From: Lachnospiraceae bacterium
GTDB taxonomy: Bacteria; Bacillota; Clostridia; Lachnospirales; Lachnospiraceae
Assembly (NCBI GenBank): GCA_050944855.1
Contig: JBMNRU010000004.1
Span: 22,634-86,633, forward strand
Direction of reading: 5' to 3'
Length of the DNA stretch: 64,000 nt
Both the position numbers and the translations under genes were made by a program. Shown here one piece after another: positions 20,345-30,309 of this stretch (its first letter is position 1; each line of letters begins with the position of its first letter). Below the pieces are notes generated by a model. It was not told where the DNA came from. It saw only the letters and a list, made by a program, of their open reading frames with translations, and searched no databases.

Positions 20345-21418
20345 CTATTCATAATACGATGCGTAATCTTCGCTTATAATACGATCACTGGGTCTCAATT
20401 CTATAGAAAGCCCTTCAATATTCAGGAAATATCCTTCCGGTATGACTACATGCTGAATCAGCACCGGATCATACGTCTGATTCGGATTGGTGTCCAAATA
20501 ATAGCAGTCCTGATAATATTCATCTCCGTCATTCTCAATATATTTCAAATCTACGTTTCCATATCCCTCAACCGCTGCAAGATCATAGGTACCGGCCGGA
20601 AAATCAATCCCCGCCGTATAAACTCCTTCGGAAAGGCCGGTAACCTCTGTCACCGGATTTTCCTGTACTGGCGACATTTCCGATATCTGAGCATTCTCGC
20701 TGACTAATTCCACTTCCAGACCGCCGGAAACATTCAGTCTGGCATCCGGAAACAGACGAAGATCCTCTATTTCTGTAACATCGTCCCCATAGGCGCCATC
20801 TCCCAAATACTCTCCCAGGTAAATCCCTCTGGCATCATCCTCCAGATAAACACTTCCCTGATTCTTCTGGACAACAGCCCGATAGTTTCCTGCGGGAATA
20901 TCTGCACCTACGATATAGTATCCCGCTGTTAATACCGTCTGATAGGAATCTCCTGTCTCAGGAAGCTTTTCTTCCAGATATTCATAAGGATCATACTCTT
21001 CCTCTGTATAGTCTTCTTCACTGTCCGAAAAAATATCCATATTTTCCAGGTTTGTGCCAAGCTCATCCTGCAAAGCAGAAAAGATTGGAGGAATCAGATT
21101 TACAACGGCAATAACGATTACGATAATCAGCCCGATGGGCTTTTTACTCCTTGCTTTCTGCGTGGTACCGCTGGCTTTTCGCCCCTGCTTATCATGATAA
21201 GTACGGGGTTTAGCTGCTTTTTGCTGCTTCCATTTCGTTTCCTGTGATTCCCATGTACTGGTGGAACTTTCATGATGTACATGAGTCATAGGTTCTTTGT
21301 CACAGGAACTTTGGTTCAATCTATAATCGGATTCTGACTTGCCATTATGCATCCCACATTCGATGCAGATGCCATTCACAACTTTTCCATCACATAAACA
21401 ACACCGATTTTGTTTCAT
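20345..21418 (-). CDS. Zinc-ribbon membrane-anchored protein with two internal repeats, function unknown
   Basis: The start was moved to ATG 21418 (MKQNRCC...), 7-8 nt after GAGGGG. N-terminal CCLCDG..CIECG zinc ribbon, one TM (IGLIIVIVIAVVNLIPPIF), then two copies of a G.Y..G.D.PAG.Y module. Confidence 0.6.
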   Translation of the reverse strand: MKQNRCCLCDGKVVNGICIECGMHNGKSESDYRLNQSSCDKEPMTHVHHESSTSTWESQETKWKQQKAAKPRTYHDKQGRKASGTTQKARSKKPIGLIIVIVIAVVNLIPPIFSALQDELGTNLENMDIFSDSEEDYTEEEYDPYEYLEEKLPETGDSYQTVLTAGYYIVGADIPAGNYRAVVQKNQGSVYLEDDARGIYLGEYLGDGAYGDDVTEIEDLRLFPDARLNVSGGLEVELVSENAQISEMSPVQENPVTEVTGLSEGVYTAGIDFPAGTYDLAAVEGYGNVDLKYIENDGDEYYQDCYYLDTNPNQTYDPVLIQHVVIPEGYFLNIEGLSIELRPSDRIISEDYASYYE

Positions 21419-21511
21419 TCGCCTACCCCTCTCTTGTTTTTTGTGCCATTTCACCATCTATAATATCTCATACTCTCACAGAAAAGTCCAGAGCAGGAAA
21501 AAGAAAAAAAT

Positions 21512-21561
21512 AAAACAGCCTGATGAACGGAGGGCAATCACTTGCTCCATCAAGCTGTTTT
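21512..21561. terminator. Orphan bidirectional terminator-like hairpin in a divergent intergenic region
   Basis: AAAACAGCCTGATG...CATCAAGCTGTTTT is a 14-bp stem with one mismatch plus an inner GGAG/CTCC extension. It is flanked by an A-run (21503-21515) and a T-run (21558-21565). Confidence 0.45.
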
Positions 21562-21703
21562 ATTTGCGTTCGTGTTGGGGGACACAAACAAATGGGTCAA
21601 ATCAGTTTTCTTATTGCATTATTATCATATCCTACTCCTTGACAAAATTCATCTATTTTCTTATCATATTATTGCACTATATTACTTTTCGGAGGAAAGC
21701 TTT

Positions 21704-22585
21704 ATGGAATTTTTAAAAGACGAATTCCCCTTACCGGATGATTTTAAATTCAAGCTCCATCGTACCAACGGCAAAATCCGGCACATGCACTGCCACGATT
21801 GTCTGGAGATTGATTACATAGAAAGAGGAACAGCTACTTACTTAGTGGAAAATAATAGTTATGACATGCAGCCGGGAGATATTATGGTGATCAACAACTC
21901 TGAGCGGCATATGATCATCCCGGACAAAAACTGCACGATACTAATGCTGATCTTCGATCTGGACTTTGTCTGGCAGTATATTCACGAATACAGCTATTTA
22001 GATCCTTTCTTCCACCGTACCGCCTATTTTTCCAACCGAATCCGACGGCAGGATGCGTTTTACCAGGAATTATATGATTGTATGGATAAAATTTCCTATG
22101 AATACGGGCTGCAGGAAGAAGGCTGGCAGGTAATGACCCGTTCCTATCTTATCCAGATCCTGATCAATCTCTGCCGCCATTATGATAAAAGCGAAAGCGA
22201 AAACGAAGATATACTTCCAAACTACCCGGGCGCCTATGACAAACTCAGACCGGTTGTGGATTATATCAGCGACCATTTCCGCGAACAGATTACACTGGAC
22301 ACCCTTGCAGACGAAGCTATGATGAGCCGTAATTATCTTTGTTCCTTCTTTAAAAAAACATTCGGTATTACTATTTTTGAGTATATTGAACAGGAGCGGA
22401 TTAATTATTGCACTATGTTACTGGATTCCTCTGATTTATCCATTACCGAAATTGCGATGAAAGCTGGATATAACAGTATATCCTACTTCAACAGAATCTT
22501 TAAACGAATCAAAGGATGTTCTCCGAGGCAATATCGTAAAAATAAAGCCGAGGCTATTGCTGCTGCGGCGGCAACGTCAGAATAA
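21704..22585 (+). CDS. AraC-family transcriptional regulator (cupin plus HTH)
   Basis: The start was moved to ATG 21704 behind GGAGGA. N-terminal cupin (HMHCHDCLEIDYIERG) and C-terminal AraC HTH (ISYFNRIFKRIKGCSPRQYR). Confidence 0.85.
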   Translation: MEFLKDEFPLPDDFKFKLHRTNGKIRHMHCHDCLEIDYIERGTATYLVENNSYDMQPGDIMVINNSERHMIIPDKNCTILMLIFDLDFVWQYIHEYSYLDPFFHRTAYFSNRIRRQDAFYQELYDCMDKISYEYGLQEEGWQVMTRSYLIQILINLCRHYDKSESENEDILPNYPGAYDKLRPVVDYISDHFREQITLDTLADEAMMSRNYLCSFFKKTFGITIFEYIEQERINYCTMLLDSSDLSITEIAMKAGYNSISYFNRIFKRIKGCSPRQYRKNKAEAIAAAAATSE

Positions 22586-22619
22586 ATATAATGGATTTAT
22601 TGAGAAAGAAGGTATAAAA

Positions 22620-23078
22620 ATGAAAATCGTATCATACAGTCCGGAATTTAAAAAAGATTTTATTGAAATGAACAAATTTTGGATTTCTTCTATGTTTGCA
22701 ATAGAATCCGAAGATGAGCGTGAACTTGCCAACATCGATCCATATATAGAGAACGGCGACCAGATTTTTTTCGCTCTGGATGATAATAATAATGTTATGG
22801 CTTGCTGTATGATAGCCCCCAGAAATGACGGCGATTGGGAAATTATGAAATTTGCTGCCAAAGGAATGTATACGGGAACGGGAGCAGGAAGTGCGTGTTT
22901 GAAGGCTTGTATTGATTATGCACGGGAACAGGGCATTGAAAGAATAATAATCGTATCAAGCCATAAATGTGTTCAGGCAGTACATCTTTACAGAAAATTT
23001 GGGTTTACTGAAATGCCCGTTGACAAAGAAAAATTTCCGTTTGAACGGGCAGACATTGCTTTTGAACTATTTTTATAG
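22620..23078 (+). CDS. GNAT-family N-acetyltransferase
   Basis: The start was moved to ATG 22620 (MKIVSYSPEF). Acetyl-CoA motif region YTGTGAGSACLKACIDYA and RKFGFTE. Confidence 0.8.
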   Translation: MKIVSYSPEFKKDFIEMNKFWISSMFAIESEDERELANIDPYIENGDQIFFALDDNNNVMACCMIAPRNDGDWEIMKFAAKGMYTGTGAGSACLKACIDYAREQGIERIIIVSSHKCVQAVHLYRKFGFTEMPVDKEKFPFERADIAFELFL

Positions 23079-23107
23079 CAGGAGAACGGCATCAACCGTT
23101 TCTGCAA

Positions 23108-23147
23108 GTAAGAAAACGATGTAACTCATTGACTTGAGTTACATCGT
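23108..23147 (-). terminator. Intrinsic terminator after dapL
   Basis: 13-bp perfect stem ACGATGTAACTCA/TGAGTTACATCGT (23116-23147), followed on the minus strand by TTTTCTT. Confidence 0.65.
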
Positions 23148-23170
23148 ATCCTAAAACGTCCTTAATACGA

Positions 23171-23198
23171 CGGGTATTTACGGATACCCGCTTTTTTA
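23171..23198 (+). terminator. Intrinsic terminator after the GNAT gene
   Basis: CGGGTAT-ttacgg-ATACCCG followed by CTTTTTT. Confidence 0.6.
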
Positions 23199-23200
23199 TC

Positions 23201-24415
23201 TTACAATGCTTTGATTCTTTCCAGTGCTTCCACTGTATTCTCATAATTGCCAAATGCAGACAGACGAAAGTACCCTTCACCGCATGGTCCAAAACCGGAT
23301 CCCGGCGTCCCTACTACATTTGCATGCTCCAGCAGATAATCGAAGAATTCCCAGGAACTCATTCCATTTGGCGTCTTAAGCCATACATACGGCGCATTCA
23401 CTCCGCCGGATACTGTGTAACCGGCGGACTTTAATCCTTCATAGATCGCTTTTGCATTATTCATATAATAATCCACCTGCTGCTTCAGCTGTGCCTTGCC
23501 TTCCGGCGAATAAACAGCTTCTCCCGCTTTCTGGATAATATAAGGTGCGCCGTTGTATTTGGTACCATGGCGTCTTGCCCAAAGGGAATGTACTGCCACA
23601 TCACCACATTTTAATTCTTTCGGAATTACTGTATAACCTAAACGGGTGCCGGTAAAACCTGCATTTTTGGAAAAACTCTTCAGTTCAATGGCACAGGTTC
23701 TCGCTCCGTCACACTCATAAATAGAATGTGGAATTCCTTCTTCTGAAATATAAGCTTCATACGCTGCATCATATAAAATCACAGCGCCGACCTTGTTGGC
23801 ATAGTCTACCCATTCCTGCAGCTGAGCTTTGGTAATCACAGAACCGGTAGGATTATTCGGGAAACACAAATAAATAAGATCCGGCGTTTCCTTTGGCAGT
23901 TCCGGTGCAAAATTATTTTCTGCCACACACGGCATATAGATTACATCACTCCATGTTTCTGTTTTGGGATCATAGGTGCCGGTCCGGCCTGCCATAACAT
24001 TAGAATCCACATAAACCGGATATACGGGATCGCAGACTGCAATCTTATTATCCAGCGCAAAAATTTCTTGAATATTGGCAGAATCGCATTTTGCCCCATC
24101 CGATACAAAAATTTCATCGGGAGAAACATCGCAGCCTCTGTCTGTGTAATCATTTTTTGCAATGGCATTTCTTAAAAACTCATATCCCAGGTCAGGAGCA
24201 TAGCCGTGAAAAGTTTCTGCATGCGCCATCTCATCTACCGCCCCGTGCAGCGCGTCAATAATAGCCGGTGCCAGCGGCTGTGTCACGTCGCCAATCCCCA
24301 GACGGATAATCTTTTTATCCGGATTGGCTTCCGCATAAGCGTTAATCTTTTTAGCGATGGTGGAAAATAAGTAGCTGCCCGGCAATTTCAGGTAATTATC
24401 ATTAATCTTAAACAT
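23201..24415 (-). CDS. dapL: LL-diaminopimelate aminotransferase
   Basis: The start was moved to [17 protein letters not shown], a typical DapL N-terminus. PLP aminotransferase fold with a [15 protein letters not shown] lysine motif. Confidence 0.9.
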   Translation of the reverse strand: MFKINDNYLKLPGSYLFSTIAKKINAYAEANPDKKIIRLGIGDVTQPLAPAIIDALHGAVDEMAHAETFHGYAPDLGYEFLRNAIAKNDYTDRGCDVSPDEIFVSDGAKCDSANIQEIFALDNKIAVCDPVYPVYVDSNVMAGRTGTYDPKTETWSDVIYMPCVAENNFAPELPKETPDLIYLCFPNNPTGSVITKAQLQEWVDYANKVGAVILYDAAYEAYISEEGIPHSIYECDGARTCAIELKSFSKNAGFTGTRLGYTVIPKELKCGDVAVHSLWARRHGTKYNGAPYIIQKAGEAVYSPEGKAQLKQQVDYYMNNAKAIYEGLKSAGYTVSGGVNAPYVWLKTPNGMSSWEFFDYLLEHANVVGTPGSGFGPCGEGYFRLSAFGNYENTVEALERIKAL

Positions 24416-24465
24416 ATCAATTCTCCTCCTGGTCATTTTTCTCCCATTCTAATACAAAGATCGCT

Positions 24466-25302
24466 CTATGGCAAGATAATTTCGCCATCAAAAACAACTG
24501 TTGCCGGTCCCGTCATATATACCAGGTTCTCTTTTCGATCCCAGTAAATATCCAGATCGCCGCCTAATAACTTTACGGTTGCATGCTCTTTCACATAACC
24601 GTTCAGCACAGAAGCCACCACCGTAGCACAGGCTCCGGTTCCGCAGGCAAGAGTTTCTCCCGCGCCGCGTTCCCATACACGCATCTCTAACGTGTGCTCG
24701 TCAATGACCCGCACGAACTCTGTATTGACACGATCCGGAAAGCAGGGATGATGTTCAAACTTCGGACCGACTGTTTCGATATCCAGGCCTTTTACATCCT
24801 CTATATAGACCACTGCATGAGGATTTCCCATAGATACCGCCGTCATGTGATACGTGATCCCATCTACCTCAATCGGTTCCGCAATGACCTGTTCTTTCTT
24901 GGAAACAACAGGAATTCGGGATGCCTGCAGCTCCGGCGCCCCCATATTGACTTTTACTTTCACTGCTTTTCCATCCTCTACGGTCAGATCCACGTATTTG
25001 ATGCCGCTTTTTGTATCAATACTGATCTGGGTCTTGGGAATAAGCCCATAATCATATACATACTTTGCCACACAACGGATACCATTTCCGCACATGGCCC
25101 CCTGGGAACCATCGGAATTATACATATCCATCTCACAGTCTGCTTTTTCAGAAGGTTTAATCAAAATCAGTCCATCGGATCCAATTCCAAAATGTCGGTC
25201 ACTAACATAAACCGCTGTTTTTTGAGGATCCTCCACTGTCTCTTCGAAACAGTTTACATAAACATAGTCATTTCCGATTCCATGCATTTTCGTAAATTTC
25301 AT
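24466..25302 (-). CDS. dapF: Diaminopimelate epimerase
   Basis: The start was moved to [16 protein letters not shown]. Both catalytic Cys motifs are present ([17 protein letters not shown]). Confidence 0.93.
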   Translation of the reverse strand: MKFTKMHGIGNDYVYVNCFEETVEDPQKTAVYVSDRHFGIGSDGLILIKPSEKADCEMDMYNSDGSQGAMCGNGIRCVAKYVYDYGLIPKTQISIDTKSGIKYVDLTVEDGKAVKVKVNMGAPELQASRIPVVSKKEQVIAEPIEVDGITYHMTAVSMGNPHAVVYIEDVKGLDIETVGPKFEHHPCFPDRVNTEFVRVIDEHTLEMRVWERGAGETLACGTGACATVVASVLNGYVKEHATVKLLGGDLDIYWDRKENLVYMTGPATVVFDGEIILP

Positions 25303-25324
25303 ATTATCAGCTCCTTTTTGCATT

Positions 25325-25843
25325 TCATCCTACCAACAGATACCCTTTATTTTCCAATTCTTTTTCAATCAAATCTAAAATTTCTTCGCTGTCTGCCTCC
25401 ACCGTATGAGAATGCTTAAATGGTGTCAAACTCATAAGGGGTGTAGAACGGCCGGAAGAAATCTCTTTTAAAAAGTCCTTTACCTCTTTTCGGGAACGGA
25501 TAGGAAGCGGTGCTTTTAAAGAACCATAGACCGCATGCTCCACCATGACATCTTTTATCCTTCCTCCAAGATCTACAATCGTATTCAGTTCATCTTCTAT
25601 CTCTTCGCAGCCATGTTCTACATAGTACACCCTGCTGCAGCTTACCGGTGTTCGAATCACATATCCTTTTGGTGTAGAAAAAATATCATAATCTGAAGCC
25701 CGCAAAAGTGCAATATCCTGCACGATAATCTGACGGCTCACCTGACACAGCTTTGCCAATGCACTCCCTGAAATGGGCTCTTTTGCATTTATAAGCGTCT
25801 GTAATACCTGATTACGTCTTTCTTCTCCTGTCATCGCCGTCAT
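25325..25843 (-). CDS. niaR: NAD-biosynthesis transcription repressor NiaR (NadR/YrxA type, HTH plus 3H domain)
   Basis: 172 aa. N-terminal HTH ([26 protein letters not shown]) and a C-terminal 3H-like His-containing domain. It is the last gene of the nadABC cluster. Confidence 0.85.
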   Translation of the reverse strand: MTAMTGEERRNQVLQTLINAKEPISGSALAKLCQVSRQIIVQDIALLRASDYDIFSTPKGYVIRTPVSCSRVYYVEHGCEEIEDELNTIVDLGGRIKDVMVEHAVYGSLKAPLPIRSRKEVKDFLKEISSGRSTPLMSLTPFKHSHTVEADSEEILDLIEKELENKGYLLVG

Positions 25844-25849
25844 CCTTTC

Positions 25850-26701
25850 CTAAATTGCGTGGAGATTTTTTAAGGATACATCCAGGATGGGTGCGGAATG
25901 AGTCAACGCACCGCTGGATACATAATCCACGCCTATATCTGTAATATTCTTAATATTTTCTTTTGTTACATTTCCCGAACACTCTGTCTCTGCCCTTCCT
26001 GCAGCCATCTTCACCGCTTCTTTCATGGTTTCCACAGACATATTATCCAGCATGACAATATCTGCGCCCGCATCCAGAGCTTCACGGAGCATATCCAGAT
26101 CTTCTACTTCTATTTCTATTTTTCTGACAAAGGGCACATAGGACCTGGCCATTTCGATCGCCTTTGCTACACCGCCTGCCGCGCCGATATGATTGTCTTT
26201 AATCAGAACGCCGTCTGACAGATTATAACGATGATTATAGCCGCCCCCTACCTTTACCGCATATTTTTCAAAAATGCGCATATTGGGAGTCGTCTTTCTG
26301 GTATCCAGCAGTTTTGTCTTTGTCCCTGCCAAAAGATCTGCCACGCTTCTTGTATAAGTAGCTATGCCGCTCATTCTCTGCAGATAATTTAAGGCTGTTC
26401 TTTCACCGGACAGAATGGCGCGGATATCGCCGGTTACCGTAGCCAGCAATTGTCCTTTCTTCACCTGGTCCCCATCCTTACACATCATTGTAACATTAAT
26501 ATTTTCATCCAGCAATGCAAAAACTCGCTGAAATACTTCCATACCTGCGATAATGCCATCCTGTTTGCAGATCAGATCTGCCGTTCCCGCCTGTGCAGAG
26601 GGCATAACCGCATTGGTTGTTACATCTTCGCTGGAAATATCCTCCCGAAGTGCCTGTAAAATAAGATTATCCACATTTAATTTGGTTGTGATCGGATTCA
26701 T
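25850..26701 (-). CDS. nadC: Nicotinate-nucleotide (quinolinate) pyrophosphorylase
   Basis: 283 aa. QRMSGIATYT, LDTRKTTPNMR and IMLDNMS motifs. Confidence 0.93.
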   Translation of the reverse strand: MNPITTKLNVDNLILQALREDISSEDVTTNAVMPSAQAGTADLICKQDGIIAGMEVFQRVFALLDENINVTMMCKDGDQVKKGQLLATVTGDIRAILSGERTALNYLQRMSGIATYTRSVADLLAGTKTKLLDTRKTTPNMRIFEKYAVKVGGGYNHRYNLSDGVLIKDNHIGAAGGVAKAIEMARSYVPFVRKIEIEVEDLDMLREALDAGADIVMLDNMSVETMKEAVKMAAGRAETECSGNVTKENIKNITDIGVDYVSSGALTHSAPILDVSLKNLHAI

Positions 26702-28016
26702 GTTTTTCTTCCTTTCTGATTGCCTTCCAGATTAATTCTTTTCCTTCTTCTGCATATTTTTGTTTATCTTCATAATCCTGCAGCCGGATCTGATACCGTT
26801 CCTGTATCTGCTCCCAGTTCAGATTTCCTGTCTCCGGCATATTTTTCATACTATTTTCTGTCTGCAGCATATGAGAAACTGCCCGCTTGGCAAATACAAG
26901 GCTTTCCAACAAGGAATTGCTGGCCAGCCGGTTCGCTCCATGTACGCCGTTGCAGCTGGTCTCCCCTGCCGCATAAAGCCGCTTCATGCTGGTCTTACTG
27001 TTCTTATCCACATACACGCCGCCCATAAAATAATGCTGTGCCGGTACTACCGGAATTGGCTCTTTTGTAATATCATACCCTTCTTCCAGACATCTCTGGT
27101 AAATATGAGGAAAACGCGTTTTCACATCCAGATCCTGTATGGTAAGAAAAGACAGCCAGACACAAGGTTCTTTGTCCTTTTCCATCTGCCTGCGGATTTC
27201 CCGCGTCACCACATCTCTGGGGAGCAGTTCATTCACAAATCTCTCTCCTGCTTTATTATACAGCACTGCGCCCTCTCCTCTTACTGACTCGGAGATGAGA
27301 AAACGACGGCCGGGCTCTTTGGAATACAGGGTAGTGGGATGAATCTGCACATAATTAACATGTTCTAACCGGATACCTCTTCTAAGAGAAATAGCCAAGG
27401 CGTCTCCCGTCAAATGTGGAAAATTGGTCGAATGTTCATAGATACCGCCGATTCCTCCGCATGCCCACAGTACATAATCCGCAAAAACTGCCTTTTTTTC
27501 TCCTTGATCTGTCTCCAGCAATATACCTTCGCAGCAGTTGTCCGCTGCCAGGATATCTAACATGGCAGTGTGCGTCAACAGTGTAATATTTTCACGTTTT
27601 TTTACCTGTGAAAGCAGCGTACGGGTAATCTCCTCCCCTGTAATATCTTCGTGATATAAAATACGGTTTGTGGAATGAGCCCCCTCTCTGGTATATAACA
27701 GTTCTTCTCCATCCCTTGCAAAATCCACTCCGTAACCAATCAGCTCATCAATCACTTCTCTGGATGACCGAATCATAATATCCACCGATTCTTTTCTGTT
27801 TTCGTAATGTCCGGCACGCAGGGTATCTTCGAAAAAGCTATCGTAATCTTCTTCACTTTTCAATACACAGATTCCACCCTGCGCCAAAAAAGAATCGCTC
27901 TCTTCCAAATCTGACTTCGTAATCATAAGAACCTGTTTCTTTTTGGGCAGATGCAGGGCGGCAAAACAGCCGGCCACACCGCAGCCTACAATAATAACAT
28001 CATATTTTTTTCTCAT
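26667..28016 (-). CDS. nadB: L-aspartate oxidase
   Basis: 449 aa. FAD site DVIIVGCGVAGC, SFLAQGGI, and HGANRLASNSLLE. Confidence 0.93.
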   Translation of the reverse strand: MRKKYDVIIVGCGVAGCFAALHLPKKKQVLMITKSDLEESDSFLAQGGICVLKSEEDYDSFFEDTLRAGHYENRKESVDIMIRSSREVIDELIGYGVDFARDGEELLYTREGAHSTNRILYHEDITGEEITRTLLSQVKKRENITLLTHTAMLDILAADNCCEGILLETDQGEKKAVFADYVLWACGGIGGIYEHSTNFPHLTGDALAISLRRGIRLEHVNYVQIHPTTLYSKEPGRRFLISESVRGEGAVLYNKAGERFVNELLPRDVVTREIRRQMEKDKEPCVWLSFLTIQDLDVKTRFPHIYQRCLEEGYDITKEPIPVVPAQHYFMGGVYVDKNSKTSMKRLYAAGETSCNGVHGANRLASNSLLESLVFAKRAVSHMLQTENSMKNMPETGNLNWEQIQERYQIRLQDYEDKQKYAEEGKELIWKAIRKEEKHESDHNQIKCG

Positions 28017-28031
28017 CGAAATCCCCTCCTG

Positions 28032-28937
28032 TTATCTGGACAATTCCAGCATACGAAGCAGCGGCGCATGTGCCTCTTTTAATAGGTACTCCTGCATCTG
28101 AACCTCTTCGCCCTGTTCCAGCACGCGAATCACCTTTTCCAAAGTGATTTTTTTCATATCCGGGCAGATCTGCATATCCCCTGCAAGATAAAACTGTTTA
28201 TCCGGATTTTGTTTTCTTAATTCGTACAGCACGCCCATCTCTGTACAGACGATAAATTCTTTCGCTTCACTGTCTGTGGCATAAGCAATAATACCTGCAG
28301 TGCTTCCTACATAATCAGCCAGATCGGATACTTCTTTTTTACATTCCGGATGCACCAGCACTTTTGCCTGCGGATGCTCCTTTTTTGTCTTCGCTATGTC
28401 TTCTGGTTTTATCCTGGTATGTACATGACAGTAACCATCATTAAAGATAAAATTCTTTTCTGGCAGCTTTTCGGCAATATAGCGTCCCAGATGCTGATCC
28501 GGAATAAAATAAATATTTTTATTAGGCAATGCCTGTACAATCTTCATGGCATTGGACGATGTAACACATACGTCTGCATGGACCTTCAGCTCAGCAGTTG
28601 AATTGACATAACATACAACTGCTACATCCTCATATTCTTTCCGTACCGCCTCAATCTTTTCAATTGCTGCCATATGTGCCATGGGACAATCCGCCTCCGG
28701 TTCCGGCAACAGCACCCGTTTATCGGGATTTAAAATTCTGGCGCTCTCACCCATAAAAGAAACTCCGCAAAGTACGATAGTATTCTCTCTTACCTTTGTC
28801 GCCATATCACTCAAATAATAAGAATCACCCACATAATCTGCAATTGCCTGTACCTCATCATCCACATAATAATGAGCCATGATTACCGCATCTTTTTCCT
28901 TTTTCAGCTGTTGGATCCGCTGTACTCTTTCATCCAT
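28032..28937 (-). CDS. nadA: Quinolinate synthase
   Basis: The start was moved to ATG 28937 (MDERVQRIQQLKKEKDAVIMAHYY) behind GGGAGGA. NadA type with conserved Cys residues. Confidence 0.93.
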   Translation of the reverse strand: MDERVQRIQQLKKEKDAVIMAHYYVDDEVQAIADYVGDSYYLSDMATKVRENTIVLCGVSFMGESARILNPDKRVLLPEPEADCPMAHMAAIEKIEAVRKEYEDVAVVCYVNSTAELKVHADVCVTSSNAMKIVQALPNKNIYFIPDQHLGRYIAEKLPEKNFIFNDGYCHVHTRIKPEDIAKTKKEHPQAKVLVHPECKKEVSDLADYVGSTAGIIAYATDSEAKEFIVCTEMGVLYELRKQNPDKQFYLAGDMQICPDMKKITLEKVIRVLEQGEEVQMQEYLLKEAHAPLLRMLELSR

Positions 28938-28999
28938 GATATCCTCCCTATCTATATAAGATGCGTCTCTTGCGCATCTGATTTTCACATTTTCATGCC

Positions 29000-29028
29000 A
29001 GTATACCACAATTATTTACACCTGACAA
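29000..29028 (-). promoter_or_regulatory. Predicted sigma-A promoter of the nad operon
   Basis: On the minus strand, TTGTCA (29028-29023), a 17-nt spacer, then TGgTATACT (-10 at 29005-29000). Confidence 0.5.
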
Positions 29029-29174
29029 GACAGCAGTTTGCAAAGCTGTACAAATGTATATTTTATCCGGAGACAACTTTACAAATCTTTGCAGCCATGC
29101 TATTTTTTTGATGTGCCTTCGGGCGAACATATTTTATGCAATATATAAATTCGACAGAAATGGAGTTACTTAAC

Positions 29175-30071
29175 ATGAAAGAAAATTCTTTACGCAGCTC
29201 ACTGCTGCTTCTTTTAACAGCTACTATATGGGGAACTGCTTTTGTGGCACAAAGCGTGGGTATGGATTATGTGGGCCCCTTTACCTTTAACAGTGTCCGT
29301 AATTTTATCGGAGGTATGGTGCTGATCCCCTGTATCTGGTTCCTCAACCGAAAGAAAACCAAAGAAGAACGAGAAATACAGACCGGCGATACAAAAACAC
29401 TGCTTATGAGCGGTATCTGCTGCGGTATCTGCCTGGCACTGGCCAGCAGTTTCCAGCAAATAGGAATACTATATACCACCGTGGGAAAAGCCGGTTTTAT
29501 CACGGCCTGCTACATAGTCATCGTTCCGATCCTGGGGCTGTTCCTCAAGAAAAAATGCAGTCCTTTGATCTGGGTTTCTGTAGCCCTGGCATTTGTCGGC
29601 CTGTATATGCTGTGTATCACGGAGTCTTTTTCCATCGGAAAAGGAGATATCCTGGTTATGATCTGTGCACTGCTGTTCTCGCTGCACATTATGGTCATTG
29701 ATTTTTTTGCCCCCCGAACAGATCCTGTAAAAATGTCCTGTATTCAGTTTTTTACCTGCGGGATCCTATGTGCATTTCCCATGTTCCTTTTCGAAACACC
29801 CCGCCTGACAGATATGCTGGCAGCATGGATGCCCATCCTCTATGCAGGCGTACTCTCCTGCGGAGTTGCCTATACCCTGCAGATCGTCGGACAAAAAAAT
29901 ATGAATCCAACGGTAGCATCCCTCATTCTGAGTCTGGAATCCTGTATCTCTGTGCTGGCAGGCTGGATCATCCTGCATCAGCAGCTTTCCGCAAAAGAAA
30001 TCGTCGGCTGCTTCCTGATGTTCTTCGCAATCGTTCTCGCACAGCTCCCTGTGGGCTCTAAAAACAAATAA
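29175..30071 (+). CDS. DMT (EamA-type) transporter
   Basis: Ten TM segments and two EamA-like halves. ATG 29175 (MKENSLRSS) is preferred over the track start 29136, but the start is uncertain. Confidence 0.8.
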   Translation: MKENSLRSSLLLLLTATIWGTAFVAQSVGMDYVGPFTFNSVRNFIGGMVLIPCIWFLNRKKTKEEREIQTGDTKTLLMSGICCGICLALASSFQQIGILYTTVGKAGFITACYIVIVPILGLFLKKKCSPLIWVSVALAFVGLYMLCITESFSIGKGDILVMICALLFSLHIMVIDFFAPRTDPVKMSCIQFFTCGILCAFPMFLFETPRLTDMLAAWMPILYAGVLSCGVAYTLQIVGQKNMNPTVASLILSLESCISVLAGWIILHQQLSAKEIVGCFLMFFAIVLAQLPVGSKNK

Positions 30072-30075
30072 CACA

Positions 30076-30113
30076 ACAGTCGGCAGAAACTACTGTCTGT
30101 CGGCTGTTTTTTA
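30076..30113 (+). terminator. Intrinsic terminator after the DMT gene
   Basis: ACAGTCGGCAG-loop-CTGTCGGCTGT is an 11-bp stem with two G-U pairs, followed by TTTTTT. Confidence 0.55.
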
Positions 30114-30309
30114 CTGTCATTTCTCTGGTAAATATTTCTATTTCCATTCAAAAAGCGCCGTTTTATCGTAATTTTTCGAGCCTTTCGATTCTTTCCGAAT
30201 TCATTTTTTACACACTTTTTTCTTTCTATGCTATCCTTTATATAATATTAATCTCTAAGATTTGCAGCTTGAAAAATTCTACTATAGAAAAGACAAAGGA
30301 TGTGAGTCT

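Noticed and set aside
21567-21574. CGTTCGTG occurs right after T-runs at 21567, 32980 and 51768, suggesting a possible insertion target or terminus of the repeat element.
   Set aside because: An 8-mer is expected about twice by chance in 64 kb on both strands, and the 21567 site has no other element sequence next to it.
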